DNA of 63,872 bases, the filler included, from Intoshia linei (Eukaryota; Animalia; Orthonectida), in NCBI GenBank assembly GCA_001642005.1. It is 8 parts of 8 records of this genome, joined end to end, with 100 filler letters (N's around TTAATTAATTAA, not from the genome) between each part and the next. Parts side by side here need not be neighbours in the genome. Positions count along the whole stretch, not along the records: positions 34,110 to 62,501 come from LWCA01000418.1; positions 62,602 to 63,872 come from LWCA01002699.1; 6 more parts are not named here. One strand, given 5' to 3'. The notes under the pieces were generated by a model. That model saw only the letters and a list, made by a program, of their open reading frames with translations, was not told where the DNA came from and did not search any database. Made by a program: the position numbers and the translations under genes. This document shows positions 61,653 through 63,872 of this stretch, one piece after another (within the stretch, counting starts at the first letter, position 1; every line of letters begins with the position of its first letter).

Positions 61653-61876
61653 CAGTGGAGCCACCACAATTCTCTTATTCCATAGTTCACTAAAACACTT
61701 TAGTTCTTATGATTTTTCAAAATAAATAAAAAATAGGCATTGGCGAACAATAAAATGAAATTTATAGCCAAATGCAAATAAAATATTGTATATTTAGATT
61801 TTAATTATTTTACTATTAGGACACAAAACCAAAAAACAGGATTGAATATTTTTAGCGAATAGTGGAGACTTCACTG
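61653..61876. mobile_element. pogo/Tigger-type MITE
   Basis: TA|cagtggagcc... / ...gagacttcactg|TA. Confidence 0.7.
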
Positions 61877-62247
61877 TATGCTCATTGCGCATTTATTTAT
61901 TAGTAGTGTTGTTCAATAGATTAAAATAATTGTATAAATTTTGTATTTATCGTCATATATTTTGTATATTATAACCTAAATAAAATGTTTGATCTAAATA
62001 AGTACTACCGATAAGTATTACATCGATTAAAAATATTATATGTTTTCAAAATTAATGTACACGTAGTAAGTATGGATTTAAGTGTATACGCGAAAAATTG
62101 CGTATTTAAGAAATATGTATCATAGTGAAGAAATCTTAAAATAATACGATTTATTTACCTGCTAGTTACATATATTTGTTAAATTATAATTTTTAACATC
62201 GCTCTTTCAGAAATTTCATTTTAAAATTCAAAATTTGATAATTTAAA

Positions 62248-62501
62248 ATGGCCAAAAGTAAAGATATTTATTCCCAAACAAAAAATCATATAATCTCATT
62301 GCTAGAAAAATCTGATTACAGTCAACGCAAAATTGCAGACATATGTGGTGTGTCTCAGTCAGCTGTATCCATTATTAAAAAAAATATGTCTAGAAAATAG
62401 AAATTCTAGCTCCGCTGAAATCTCTAGAAAATTACAAACTCAAAATTTTAATGTGTCAAGGTTAACTGTTAATCGTAGACTATTGGAGGCAGGTTACAGA
62501 T
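62248..62501 (+). mobile_element. Tc1 transposase N-terminal (HTH) relic
   Basis: MAKSKDIYSQTKNHIISLLEKSDYSQRKIADICGVSQSAVS, then a frameshift to SSAEISRKL...VSRLTVNRRLLEAGYR, running into the gap. Confidence 0.85.
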
Positions 62502-62601
62502 NNNNNNNNNNNNNNNNNNNNNNNNNNNNNNNNNNNNNNNNNNNNTTAATTAATTAANNNNNNNNNNNNNNNNNNNNNNNNNNNNNNNNNNNNNNNNNNN
62601 N

Positions 62602-63200
62602 TTTTAATAAAATAGTTTCGAAATTAAAAAAATGAATACTATAGTGTTGTTTTGACCGTGAAGGCGTCACTTTGTCAGATTGAAATTTTTTGTGTGAGTT
62701 AACTAGATATAACTGTATCATCTGTAATTTTTTTTAAAATTATAGGGCTGTTTTCATTTTTTAAAAAAAGGGTAATTTGAGGTTTTGATGGTGAAAATAT
62801 ACTTTTTTCAGGTTGCAATTTACGATAATGCTTATGATTTTAAAAACTATCTCAAAATTTATGTTGTATAAAATTCTAGGACTTTTTTCATTTTTACAAA
62901 AAAGGGTAATTTGGGGTTTTGACCGTGAATTGAAAATTATGATAATATTGATGAATTTAAAAATTTTTATTAGAATGTGTATTTTTTAAATTCTAGGATG
63001 GGTTTGAACTTAAAAAAAATGAACAATTGGGGTTTTTGGCCTTGAAGGACTCAATTTCTGAAAATGAAATTTGAGATAAAACATTACTCTCTAAAAACTG
63101 ATACAGATATATGCCATTATTAAAACTCTAATCCTCTTAGTTTCGTAAATAAGTTGGAACAAACAGACAATTAAATAAATAAACAGAAATGCATTTTTAA
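62602..63200 (-). mobile_element. Helitron-family copy with internal subrepeats
   Basis: Similar to 365-895, with three diverged aaatt(c/a)tagg...(g/c)aattgggg/tttt units. Confidence 0.65.
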
Positions 63201-63872
63201 CTAAATGACTTTATATAAATATTAAATGACTAAAACTAGTAATATAAACAAGATATATAATATTTACAATATTTAGTTACGATTTCAAAAACAAATTGAA
63301 GGAGATACTGCATTATCAACTCTAAATATTCACGATACAAAACCTCTCAATGTAAACATTTTTAATACAGTGCAAACTCTTTAAGTAAAATTTCCATTAA
63401 GTGCAATTTAGCACAATTTTTCACAATCCTAGTACAATAATAGTTAATATTTAAATAAGGTCACGTAAAATGCAAATTCTAAAGCGCAATTTATTTTAAA
63501 GTTTTCAATTATGCTTAAAGAGTTATCATTGTATTATAATAATTATAGTTCCCAATATCAATTATGTTGAATCTACTATGTCCAGAGCCGTTTTAAGGCA
63601 TGGGCAATATGGACTGTAGCTCAGGGCCCCTCATTAAAAAAGGGCTCCAAATTAATAAAAGTAATTTACATTTATATCTTAAAAAGAGGCCCCAATTTAT
63701 TAAAAAATACTTGACATTTATATCTTAAGAATCAGTTTATAAGTTTTGAAGTTTATTGAAGTTTGAAATTTTTCTAAACTAAAAATAATTAAGAATGAAC
63801 TTCAAAATTGCTTAGCTTAACCTCGTTTGAATGCGCTCTCCTTAATGTCAATTGAGAATGATATCAGTTTTG

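Overview
Very AT-rich animal nuclear DNA from a draft scaffold. It contains seven 100-nt gaps, each carrying an artificial TTAATTAATTAA spacer. Genes are split by many tiny GT-AG introns (about 30-45 nt) plus a few transposon-inflated long ones. This style fits a compact parasitic spiralian such as an orthonectid; that is an inference, not proven. Because of the micro-introns the ORF track misses most genes, so I spliced them by hand. Genes found: a CARD plus coiled-coil protein; an Asn-rich tandem-repeat protein fragment; two adjacent small secreted-protein genes; a prefoldin-beta-like gene head-to-head with peter pan (PPAN/Ssf1); MRPL39 head-to-head with RPL18a; a partial TRMU/MnmA; ZNHIT2 tail-to-tail with a short SCAMP; and two tandem long-type ABCC/MRP transporters. 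The rest is a mix of non-autonomous Helitrons, hAT MITEs with 8-bp target duplications, Tc1/mariner relics and a Gypsy relic. The best novelty candidate is a 76-aa two-exon precursor (9974-10240, minus strand), absent from the ORF track. It has a signal peptide, a KK site and a C-terminal peptide (FGAITDYQRLRAKHDASKFMQSLFS) resembling the PHI/VIP/secretin/glucagon family helix. All homology calls are by eye; no searches were run.
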